From Octopus vulgaris (Eukaryota), in contig OX597839.1 of the NCBI GenBank assembly GCA_951406725.2, positions 19,468,001-19,532,000 on the forward strand: a DNA stretch of 64,000 bases, written 5' to 3'. Position 1 is the stretch's first letter; the number at the start of each line of letters is the position of its first letter. Below the pieces are notes generated by a model, which saw only the letters and a program-made list of their open reading frames with translations, was not told the origin of the DNA and did no database searches. The translations under genes were made by a program, and so were the position numbers. Below are positions 43,745-55,209 of this stretch, in pieces.

Positions 43745-43961
43745 CTTTATTTAAAAGCAGCAGAAAATTCAACAAAACCTGTTACTCTGAGCTTCACGTT
43801 CCCGTTCGTCGGACAGTTTTTGCTGACGAACGGGAACGTGAAACTCAGAGTAACAGGTTTTGTTGAATTTTCTGCTGCTTTTAAATAAAGCATATTACTC
43901 TACACCTGGTATTTGAGTACTCTTTTTTCCACCTTGTTTCACATTTATGTGTTTACTCCGG
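43745..43961. mobile_element. 66-bp-arm palindrome plus tail with hammerhead motif; putative PLE pLTR insertion
   Basis: Arms 43745-43810 / 43825-43890; right arm reads CTGACGA-ACG ggaa CGT-GAAA-CTC a GAG-TA-acag; (TA)n on both sides. Confidence 0.75.
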
Positions 43962-43967
43962 TATATG

Positions 43968-44004
<37 letters not shown>

Positions 44005-44354
44005 CATTATAAGCATCACATCACACATACATACATATACGCATGCATACATACGCGCACTTATGTTTCTGTATATATAAATTCGCACATATATACATAC
44101 ATATATAGCTCTGTCTGCGTGGGTGTGTGTAGCTTGCTTACCAACCTCGTGGTCCTGGGTTCAGTCTCACTGCATAGCACTTTGGGCAAGTGTCTTCTAC
44201 TACAGCATCGGGCCGACCAAAGCCTCGTGAGTGGATTTGGCAGACGGAAACTGAAAGAAACTCGTCGTAGATATATATATATATATAAACATTGGCCAGA
44301 AAAAATTTGGTATTGCGTTGTTTGTGCATTGATATATATATACACACAAATATT

Positions 44355-44741
44355 TTATAATTATAAACATAATTATAATTAGGGTTCAGCTAATTGCTTC
44401 ACCACATACCGAATTTAGAAATAGGAGTTAAAATTCCATTTCTACTACTATAAGAATCTCCATGACGGTAACATACTTTTTTACGAAGGCAAAGAGAAAA
44501 ACAATGAATCAACACAACCAGGATTAACTATATACGCGTTTCGAGATTAAAGTGATTTAAATTTTACTTACTTCTCTCTTCAGTATAGTATTTCCAATTA
44601 TAAAATTTGAAAGTGCTAGGCTAAATATGCACACAATCGAGCGATATCATTATAGTAGCAGAAAAGGAATTTTAACTCCTATTTCTAAATTCGGTATGTG
44701 GTGAAGCAATTAGCTGAACCCTAATTATAATTATGTTTATA

Positions 44742-44748
<7 letters not shown>
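44355..44748. mobile_element. 99-bp inverted-repeat element with hammerhead in the spacer (copy 2 at 53002-53396)
   Basis: Arms 44355-44453 / 44650-44748; TA-rich flanks. Confidence 0.8.
44527..44589 (-). ncRNA. Minimal type I hammerhead ribozyme motif (copy 2 at 53174-53236)
   Basis: Minus strand ACTATA-CTGAAGA-GAGA...TCTC-GAAA-CGCG-TA-TATAGT; palindromic ACGCGT stem III is typical of PLE hammerheads. Confidence 0.88.
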
Positions 44749-44785
<37 letters not shown>

Positions 44786-45151
44786 GCAAACACAACACAA
44801 TACCAATTTTTTCTGGCCGATCTTCGGACATTTATTGTCCGAAGATCGGCAACCGTGTATTAGGGTAACATCGCACGAAACTTCAACTTACAAACAGCGC
44901 GTCACCCTTCTTCGTTCTAATGTCATTACTGTCTACGTATTCTCCTTTCTCCTTTTTATGATTGTATGTGGATGTATGCACACACACACACGTATATGGA
45001 TACATATATGTATATATGTGTGTATATAATATATATGCATATATATATATTATATATATATATGCATATATATATATACATATGTATATAAATATACATA
45101 TATGTGTGCATATATATATATATACATACATGTATATATATATATAAACAT

Positions 45152-45227
<76 letters not shown>

Positions 45228-45267
45228 ATTCATACATGTATATATAATATATATATATATATATATT

Positions 45268-45315
<48 letters not shown>

Positions 45316-45330
45316 GAATATGTATATATA

Positions 45331-46207
45331 GATGCACCAAAAAAAACTATACTGATTTAACAATACAGTAATGTGGGGTGATTATAAGCGAGAATGAAGC
45401 AACAAGAATGGATAGGTTTTTAGTACAATCGTTTCATACAAGGACAGGTTTTATTAAAAGTTGCAAAGATTACAGCATATAAACGTGTCCCGTACTCATC
45501 AGCTAAAATACATGTGAGTTCTCTAGACATCCTAGTGGTTGAGGCTATACTCATGAAGTAATGTAGATAATTAAGTAACATAAACAGATTTCAAAAGTTC
45601 ATTACAGCCTCTTGTAAATAGCAGTAATGTGATTAATGTGGCAAATACCTAATCATATAGCAAGAATTGATACCTACCTCATTGTGTTCAACCATTGATA
45701 AATTTATCGCCTGTGAATATGAAATTCCTTGGAAATTTACACCTACACCATTGGAAATTGTGCATCTATACAAAGGATTAATTCACCCTCTCTGTAATGC
45801 TAATAAGCAGGAATTGAAACCCACCTCGTTGTAATTAACAATGGATAAATTTGCCTTCTGTGAGTATGTAATCCCTCATCATATCTCTGGAAATTCATAT
45901 GTGCACTATGGATTGGGTCACCTTCTCTGTGATGCTATTAAGACTTTTTAAAATTCTGTGATAAGACTGTACATCATCTTTAAAGAACTTTAATGAACTT
46001 TTGAAATCTGTTTATGTTACTTAATTATCTACATTACTTCATGAGTATAGCCTCAACCACTAGGATGTCTAGAGAACTCACATGTATTTTAGCTGATGAG
46101 TACGGGACACGTTTATATGCTGTAATCTTTGCAACTTTTAATAAAACCTGTCCTTGTATGAAACGATTGTACTAAAAACCTATCCATTCTTGTTGCTTCA
46201 TTCTCGC
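45331..46207. mobile_element. 217-bp inverted-repeat element with a hammerhead in each arm (copy 2 at 53957-54896)
   Basis: Arms 45388-45604 / 45991-46207, 386-bp spacer, one-sided extension on the left; (TA)n flanks. Confidence 0.82.
46087..46177 (+). ncRNA. Type I hammerhead motif with long stem II (mirror at 45418-45508, minus; copy 2 at 54776-54866)
   Basis: TTTTAG-CTGATGA-GTACGGGACA...TGTCCTTGTAT-GAAA-CGATTG-TA-CTAAAA; GUA triplet ends at 46171. Confidence 0.85.
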
Positions 46208-46238
46208 GTATATATATATATATATATATTCATACATG

Positions 46239-46278
<40 letters not shown>

Positions 46279-46360
46279 TACATGTATATATAAATATATA
46301 TATATATATATATTCATACATGTATATATAAATATATATATATATATATATTCATACATG

Positions 46361-46394
<34 letters not shown>

Positions 46395-46477
46395 TAATAC
46401 ATGTATATATATATATATATATATTCATACATGTATATATATATATATATTCATACATGTATATATATATATATATT

Positions 46478-46520
<43 letters not shown>

Positions 46521-46521
<1 letters not shown>

Positions 46522-47231
46522 GTGAAATAGAAAGATGAATAATCTTGTAGTAGATTAATCAAAAGTTTAACCGATACCTTAGTAGCAAAAATCACAGCAG
46601 TAAAACAGCACGGTTGGAGGTACAACCATATGGTGTTGCAACCGTGCGTTGGTGCGGATAATTGAAATTAGAACATTATTGGTGAATTGAAATGGAGCTG
46701 AACGCAGATTGAACAGAAATCGTTTTATTTCATTCTACACGTGTTTCGAAAGGCACAATTACCAAAATCCGATGGAATAATGGGATACATATTGTGTCTT
46801 TCTCTTCAGGAAGAAAATAGGAAATCCGTTGAAAAAACAAAACAGAATAGAGGCGGAGCAAATACAAATCGAACTATGCTCCTAAGAGCCCATGGCGAAA
46901 CTGTTTATCAGTGTATGTTGAGAACGGTGGCTGAAGAATTCAACGGGACCCGTTGAATTCTTCAGCCACCGGTTCTCAACATACACTGATAAACAGTTTC
47001 GCCATGGGCTCTTAGGAGCATAGTTCGATTTGTTTTTGCTCCGCCTCTATTCTGTTTTTGTTTTTCCAACGGATTTCCTATTTTCTTCCTGAAGAGAAAG
47101 ACACAATATGGTCCCATTATTCCATCGGATTTTATGGTAATTTGTGCCTTTCGAAACACTGTGTAGAATGAAATAAAACGATTTCTGTTCAATCTGCGTT
47201 CAGCTCCATTTCTTCAATTCACCAATAATGT

Positions 47232-47232
<1 letters not shown>
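46521..47232. mobile_element. ~560-bp palindrome plus one-sided tail, with hammerheads (copy 2 at 55206-55916)
   Basis: Palindrome 46672-47232 centred on A46948 (acggg-A-cccgt); tail 46521-46671 with hairpin 46608-46647; (TA)n flanks. Confidence 0.82.
46733..46812 (-). ncRNA. Type I hammerhead motif with long stem II (mirror at 47086-47168, plus; intact copy at 55776-55855)
   Basis: TTC-CTGAAGA-GAAAGacacaa...ttgtgcCTTTC-GAAA-CACGTG-TA-GAA; palindromic ACACGTGT stem III. Confidence 0.85.
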
Positions 47233-47263
<31 letters not shown>

Positions 47264-48233
47264 TACATGTATATATATATATATATATTCATACATGTAT
47301 ATATATATATATATATTCATACATGTATATATATATATATTCATACATGTATATATATATATATATATTCATACATGTATATATATATATATTCATACAT
47401 GTATATATATATATATATATACATACATGTATATATATATATATTCATACATATATATATATATATATATATTCATACATGTATATATATATATATTCAT
47501 ACATGTATATATATATGTAGTCATACATGTATATATATGTAGTCATACATGTATATATATATATATTCATACATGTATATATATGTACAGTCATACATAT
47601 ATATATATATATATATATATACATACATATATATATGCATACATATATATATATACATACATGTATATATACATACATATATATGCATACATGTATATAT
47701 ATATATATATACATATATACATATATATATATATATATGTACATATGTGTATGTATGTATATATGCGTATATATATCTATATGTGTGTATGTACATATGT
47801 GTGTGTGTATATATATATATATATAAACGCATGAGATGAGTGTGTATGCGTGTATGCCCCCGGGTATCTGTGCTTGTTGCCTGCTGTTTTAAGTGCGATC
47901 AGATGACCTTTACGTTTTATTACGGGTGCATTCCATCCCAATGTACCAGCCCATGCATCTACCCCATCCCAGTGCCATATAACTCATCAACAACGAAATT
48001 TCCAAAATATACCCAACCCACCGCTTCCACTGTTCCGCCACGCCTCCACCCCACTGGGCTTGCCAATTCTCTTCCCCTCCTCTAGCCATCCGCTCACACT
48101 CATCAATCCTCACTAATTTAGTTCACACACACAAATACACACACGCATCCTACATACATACATACATACATACATACATACATACATACATACATACATA
48201 CATACAATATAGATAGATAGATAGATAGATAGG

Positions 48234-48267
<34 letters not shown>

Positions 48268-49098
48268 TAGATTAGATAGATAGATAGATAGATAGACAGA
48301 TAGATAGACAGATAGATGGATGGATGGATGGATAGGTAGATACATACATACATACATACACACATGCATACATACACACACATAGGTATATACACATTAA
48401 TACTCATATAGATGTAGGCATAAATCAGTACATACACTCACACACACACATACATACACGTTCACACACACATACACACATAGATATACCCTTAAATGAA
48501 CACATTAATGCCTACATATACACACGTGCACCCACACACATATTTACTGACATACACATAGACAAATTAGCACACTCAGACACACAGACAGATATACAAC
48601 AGTTTATATATAGTAGTGAATGTGTACACACATACATATAATCACAAATGCACATACACATGCACACGCACGCGGGTTGGGGCAAATATTGACATCAATG
48701 GGTACACACGCATACACGGATATACATAAACACCCACAGACGAATACAGACTACAATGGGTATACAGACGTACACATACACACGCAGTCAAAGACACACA
48801 CACAGAAATAATGACATGGATGAGTATGGACACACACATGCACACAAAGACACACACACATAAACGTACGCAAATATAGTCAATGATGTGTAAACACACG
48901 CACACACCCACAAGCACTCAAACGCACATAAATACTGACATGAACGGGTATACATAGATATACATACACATAGTCCTCCCCCTCACATATCCACCCCCTC
49001 AGACACATCATCATCAGTCCATCCCCCACTACACCCCATCCCACCCCACCGACATACAAACACGCAAATGCAAACATCAACAGATACACACACATAAA

Positions 49099-49334
49099 GG
49101 CGGTGAGCTGGCAGAAACGTTAGCACGCCGGGCGAAATGCTTAGCAGTATTTCGTCTGCCGCTACGTTCTGAGTTCAAATTCCGCCGAGGTTGACTTTGC
49201 CTTTCATCCTTTCGGGGTCGATAAATTAAGTACCAGTTACGCACTGGGGTCGATATAATCGACTTAATCCGTTTGTCTGTCCTTGTTTGTCCTTTCTGTG
49301 TTTAGCTAGCCCCTTGTGGGTGGTAAAGAAATAG
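49099..49334 (+). mobile_element. SINE family B, full-length monomer (copy 2 at 57843-58078)
   Basis: ggcggtgagctggcagaaacg head, B box gagttcaaattcc, core cctttcatcctttcggggtcgataaattaagtaccag. Confidence 0.9.
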
Positions 49335-49786
49335 ATCCACACACTCTCACACAAACACTCATAAACAGTAAGAAATAAATAAGTAGCGAGGGGGTTGGGT
49401 GAGGTGGAGCGTGGTGAGGGCAGTGGAATCGTTGCAGCATGGGATAGGATGCCGCGTGGTATTTGTTCCGCGTCACTGCGTTCCGAGCTCAAACTCCACC
49501 GTCATGAACTTGGCTTTTCACCCTCTAAGGGTCGATTAATTGTCAGTTCAGTCCTCGCAATTTTCCCATCGCTCTCTCGCTCTTCCTCTCTCTACAGATA
49601 CATACATATATACCTGTGCACATAAAATGAATCACAGGACATACTAAGTATGTCTACCTACTGGAAATGCCAGTCGTCTGTATTATTGATTCTGTTTTTA
49701 TCATTTTTAATTGTTACAACAGATACTAACAGAGTCAATAATATCTTCGCAAATATTTTCTCCTGAATTATTTGCTCCGTATTGTA

Positions 49787-49840
<54 letters not shown>

Positions 49841-49843
<3 letters not shown>

Positions 49844-50171
49844 CGCATGGCTCAGTGGTTAGAGCGTCGAGTTTACGATCGTGAGGTTGTGAGCTCGAAT
49901 CCCGGACCGGGCTGCGTGTTGTGTTCTCGAGCAAGGCACTTTATTTCACGTTGCTCCAGTTCACTCAGCTGTAGAAATGAGTTGCGACGTCACTGGTGCC
50001 AAGCTGTATCGACCTTTGTCTTTCCCTTGGATAACACTGGTGGCGTGGAGAGGGGAGGCTGGTATGCATGGGCGACTGCTAGCCTTCCATAAACAACCTT
50101 GCCCGGACTTGTGTCTAGGAGGGTAACTTTCTAGGTGCAATCCCATGGTCATTCATGACCGAAGGGGGTCT
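49841..50171 (+). mobile_element. tRNA-headed SINE family C, full length (copy 2 at 58579-58909)
   Basis: A box tggctcagtgg, B box gagctcgaatccc, followed by a CORE-like gagcaaggcacttt...cagctgtagaaatgag segment. Confidence 0.88.
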
Positions 50172-50220
50172 TTACCCTATATATATATATACAGTTCAGG
50201 AGTTGTACATAACTGTACAT

Positions 50221-50298
<78 letters not shown>

Positions 50299-50301
<3 letters not shown>

Positions 50302-50697
50302 GGCATAAGGGATGTGCTCAAGGGAAGGTTGGACAGGACCACCCGCGCCAATAGCACAGTTCTACCTGCAACGTTATATAGTAGTGAAACATGAGCAACA
50401 ACAAAGAGGGAAGAACAGAGATTGGAAACGGCTCAAGGAGCCATGGAGAGGTCAATGCGTGGGATCTCGCTGAGAGAGCACATCAGTAGCGAGGTCATCA
50501 GAGAGAATTCCGGCGTGAGGGATGTCATCGTAGAATATATACGCAGCAAGTTTAGGTAATCGGTGGACCCGCGCAGTCATCGAGTGGTACCCGCGCGACG
50601 AGCGGAAACGACCACTCGGAAGGCCTCTACAACGGTGGAGTTACGATTTCAGGAGGACGATTGGGATCATGTGGATGAGAAAGGCGCGATCGAGAGA
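50299..50697 (+). pseudogene. RTE-clade LINE ORF C-terminal fragment (copy 2 at 59047-59445)
   Basis: Translates ...TVLPATLYSSET*ATTKREEQRLETAQGAMERSMRGISLREHISSEVIRENSGVRDV... and EWYPRDERKRPLGRPLQRW, typical of the RTE post-RT region; stops and frameshifts present. Confidence 0.8.
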
Positions 50698-51069
50698 AGA
50701 GTCATGGAACGGATAGTCAGAGGGAAACCAATCGCATTCCTTGAAGAAAATAATTTGCAGAGTGATCCCCAGCATGGCTTTCGACCGGGTAGGAGCTGCT
50801 TGACCCAGCTTTTACAACATTAAGACTGGGAGTTGAGGCAGTTACTCAAGAACTCAAACGTGGACGTATCATACCTTGATTTTGCAAAAGCTTTTGATAA
50901 ATTCGATCATGGTATGATATGCCACAAATTGCGTGATCTCCGCATAACTGGAAAACTTGGAGAGTGGTTACATAACTTTCTGAAGGATAGAAGTCAGGCA
51001 GTAGTGGTCAATGGCCCTACCTCAATGAAAACACAAATAGTGAGCGGTGTTCCACAGGGCACTGTCTTG
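50698..51069 (+). pseudogene. CR1-group LINE reverse transcriptase fragment (copy 2 at 59446-59817)
   Basis: VMERIV...QHGFRPGRSCLTQLL...YLDFAKAFDKFDH...WLHNFLKDRSQ...SGVPQGTVL; one in-frame stop. Confidence 0.92.
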
Positions 51070-51421
51070 TGAGAATATTTAGTGGACAGAAACTGAAAGA
51101 AGCTCGTCATGTGTGTGTGTGTGCATGTATGTCTATATGGATGTATGTGTTTTTATGCATATATATATATAAATATCTGTATCTATATATATATATACGC
51201 ACGCTCAAACTTTCACAAGTATATACATGTGTGTGTGCGTGTGTTTGTCCGTCTGCATCACTTGACAACTGGGTATTGTGTTTTACGTTCTCGAAACTAG
51301 CGGTTCGGCAAAAAATACTGATAGAATATGTACAAAATGTTAATTACAATTTGTCAAGGCTGTGCCCTAGTATGGCCGCATTTTGATGATGAAACAAAGA
51401 AGAAATAAGAGTTAAACTACA

Positions 51422-51474
<53 letters not shown>

Positions 51475-52345
51475 CGCTGCTCTTTCAATTTCTTGACCCG
51501 GTATGTTGAGCTGTCTGGAAATTCCCCGTTGGAAAAGCCTGCCTTTGTGATATCGTCTGCTATTTCAGACATTCTAGCGGGGCGGATATCACTGTACATT
51601 TTTCTCAGTATTTTGAATTCCTGAATGTAAGTAGTGTTATGTAATCCGTTGTAATATCACGTAGCCCTGTCGCAGATACCCGACACTGAAGTAAGACAAT
51701 CGTTCGTGTCATGGCTTCCTTAGTTTCCTCATAAATCAACGCAGTAGATTGGCGTTTCCCAAGGTTTTAGACCTAAAGGAATGTAAATATTCTTTCCGAG
51801 GTGAAGCTGACGTTGCCAGACAATTGGTTGCTTTGAGACTTGTGTGTTGAGACTAAAGCAATTACAGCGTGGAAGACATATATTATAAGCCAGTTAAAAA
51901 CACACTAAGATTCTTAACTTCACTTAACCATTTATTATTCGGTGACAAAAGCATTCATCGCACCCAGTGTGACTTGGTCACTGACGCAGTTACATTGCTT
52001 ATATATATATATACTCTTTTACTTGCTTCAGTCATTTGGCTGTGGCCACGCTGGAGCACCGCCTTTAGTTGAGCAAATCGACCCCAGGACTTATTCTTTG
52101 TAAGGAATTCTCCCGTTTTGTTTCCAGTTGCAGTAGACGTTTGCCAAAAGGCCCGCAAACAGGTCTGGCGTTGTAATAAATAATAATATGTATATTTAAA
52201 TGATAAAGAAGAAAATCTCGAAGTACAAGGATGTGGATGGATATAGAGATAACCCGAATGTGGAACCTGGAGGCAACAAACAATCCCTGGGAGTTGAATT
52301 AAGTGGCTTCTAGCGGCGGAAGTCCGAACTACAATGGACTTATCC

Positions 52346-52445
52346 NNNNNNNNNNNNNNNNNNNNNNNNNNNNNNNNNNNNNNNNNNNNNNNNNNNNNNN
52401 NNNNNNNNNNNNNNNNNNNNNNNNNNNNNNNNNNNNNNNNNNNNN
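52346..52445. other. Assembly gap (100 N)
   Basis: Direct reading. Confidence 1.
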
Positions 52446-52551
52446 GTTGAATTTTCTGCCGCTTTTAAATAAAGCATATTACTCTACACCTGGTATTTGA
52501 GTACTCTTTTTTCCACCTTGTTTCACATTTATGTGTTTACTCCGGTATATG

Positions 52552-52605
<54 letters not shown>

Positions 52606-52932
52606 ATAATATACGTTCAAGTATCACACATACATACATATACGCATGCATACATACGCGCACTTATGTTTCTGTATATATAAATTCGCACATATATACA
52701 TACATATATAGCTCTGTCTGCGTGGGTGTGTGTAGCTTGCTTACCAACCTCGTGGTCCTGGGTTCAGTCTCAATGCATAGCACTTTGGGCAAGTGTCTTC
52801 TACTACAGCATCGGGCCGACCAAAGCCTCGTGAGTGGATTTGGCAGACGGAAACTGAAAGAAACTCGTCGTAGATATATATATATATATAAACATTGGCC
52901 AGAAAAAATTTGGTATTGCGTTGTTTGTGCAT

Positions 52933-52987
<55 letters not shown>

Positions 52988-53389
52988 TACACACACATAT
53001 TTTATAATTATAAACATAATTATAATTAGGGTTCAGCTAATTGCTTCACCACATACCGAATTTTAAAATAGGAGTTAAAATTCCATTTCTGCTACTATAA
53101 GAATCTCCATGACGGTAACATACTTTTTTACGAAGGCAAAGAGAAAAACAATGAATCAACACGACCAGGATTAACTATATACGCGTTTCGAGATTAAAGT
53201 GATTTAAATTTTACTTACTTCTCTCTTCAGTATGGTATTTCCAATTATAAAATTTGAAAGTGCTAGAGCTAAATATGCACACAATCGAGCGATATCATTA
53301 TAGTAGCAGAAAAGGAATTTTAACTCCTATTTCTAAATTCGGTATGTGGTGAAGCAATTAGCTGAACCCTAATTATAATTATGTTTATA

Positions 53390-53429
<40 letters not shown>

Positions 53430-53848
53430 GCAAACACAACACAATACCAATTTTTTTCTGGCCGATCTTCGGACATTTATTGTCCGAAGATCGGCAACCG
53501 TGTATTAGGGTAACATCGCACGAAACTTCAGCTTACAAACAGCGCGTCACCCTTCTTCGTTCTAATGTCATTACTGTCTACGTATTCTCCTTTCTCCTTT
53601 TTATGATTGTATGTGGATGTATGCACACACACACGTATATGGATACATATATGTATATATGTGTGTATATAATATATATGCATATATATATATTATATAT
53701 ATATATGCATATATATATATACATATGTATATAAATATACATATATGTGTGCATATATATATATATATACATACATGTATATATATATATAAACATACAT
53801 GTATGTATATATATATATATATATATATCATACATATATATATATATT

Positions 53849-53888
<40 letters not shown>

Positions 53889-54927
53889 TACATGTATATA
53901 TAAATATATATATATATATATATTCATACATGTATATATAAATATATATATATATACAAAAAGCAATAAAGATTCAAGTTAATTTAAATGAATTTACTTG
54001 AATATGGTACCTAACTTAGATGCACCAAAAAAAACTATACTGATTTAACAATACAGTAATGTGGGGTGATTATAAGCGAGAATGAAGCAACAAGAATGGA
54101 TAGGTTTTTAGTACAATCGTTTCATACAAGGACAGGTTTTATTAAAAGTTGCAAAGATTACAGCATATAAACGTGTCCCGTACTCATCAGCTAAAATACA
54201 TGTGAGTTCTCTAGACATCCTAGTGGTTGAGGCTATACTCATGAAGTAATGTAGATAATTAAGTAACATAAACAGATTTCAAAAGTTCATTACAGCCTCT
54301 TGTAAATAGCAGTAATGTGATTAATGTGGCAAATACCTAATCATATAGCAAGAATTGATACCTACCTCATTGTGTTCAACCATTGATAAATTTATCGCCT
54401 GTGAATATGAAATTCCTTGGAAATTTACACCTACACCATTGGAAATTGTGCATCTATACAAAGGATTAATTCACCCTCTCTGTAATGCTAATAAGCAGGA
54501 ATTGAAACCCACCTCGTTGTAATTAACAATGGATAAATTTGCCTTCTGTGAGTATGTAATCCCTCATCATATCTCTGGAAATTCATATGTGCACTATGGA
54601 TTGGGTCACCTTCTCTGTGATGCTATTAAGACTTTTTTAAAATTCTGTGATAAGACTGTACATCATCTTTAAAGAACTTTAATGAACTTTTGAAATCTGT
54701 TTATGTTACTTAATTATCTACATTACTTCATGAGTATAGCCTCAACCACTAGGATGTCTAGAGAACTCACATGTATTTTAGCTGATGAGTACGGGACACG
54801 TTTATATGCTGTAATCTTTGCAACTTTTAATAAAACCTGTCCTTGTATGAAACGATTGTACTAAAAACCTATCCATTCTTGTTGCTTCATTCTCGCGTAT
54901 ATATATATATATATATATTCATACATG

Positions 54928-54967
<40 letters not shown>

Positions 54968-55049
54968 TACATGTATATATAAATATATATATATATATAT
55001 ATTCATACATGTATATATAAATATATATATATATATATATTCATACATG

Positions 55050-55082
<33 letters not shown>

Positions 55083-55163
55083 TAATACATGTATATATAT
55101 ATATATATATATTCATACATGTATATATATATATATTCATACATGTATATATATATATATATT

Positions 55164-55209
<46 letters not shown>

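Noticed and set aside
46875-46915. Second hammerhead-like string cctaaga-GCC cat GGC-GAAA-CTG tttat CAG-TG
   Set aside because: Core is not CUGAnGA, the cleavage position is G, and stem I does not pair
49841-49915. tRNA-like cloverleaf (also at 39677, 34948 and 62775-62846)
   Set aside because: Continues into SINE bodies with no acceptor stem closure or poly-T terminator; these are SINE heads, not tRNA genes
51700-51765. Minus-strand KRQSTALIYEETKEAM resembling histone H4 KRISGLIYEETR
   Set aside because: Similarity limited to about ten residues; flanks are unlike H4
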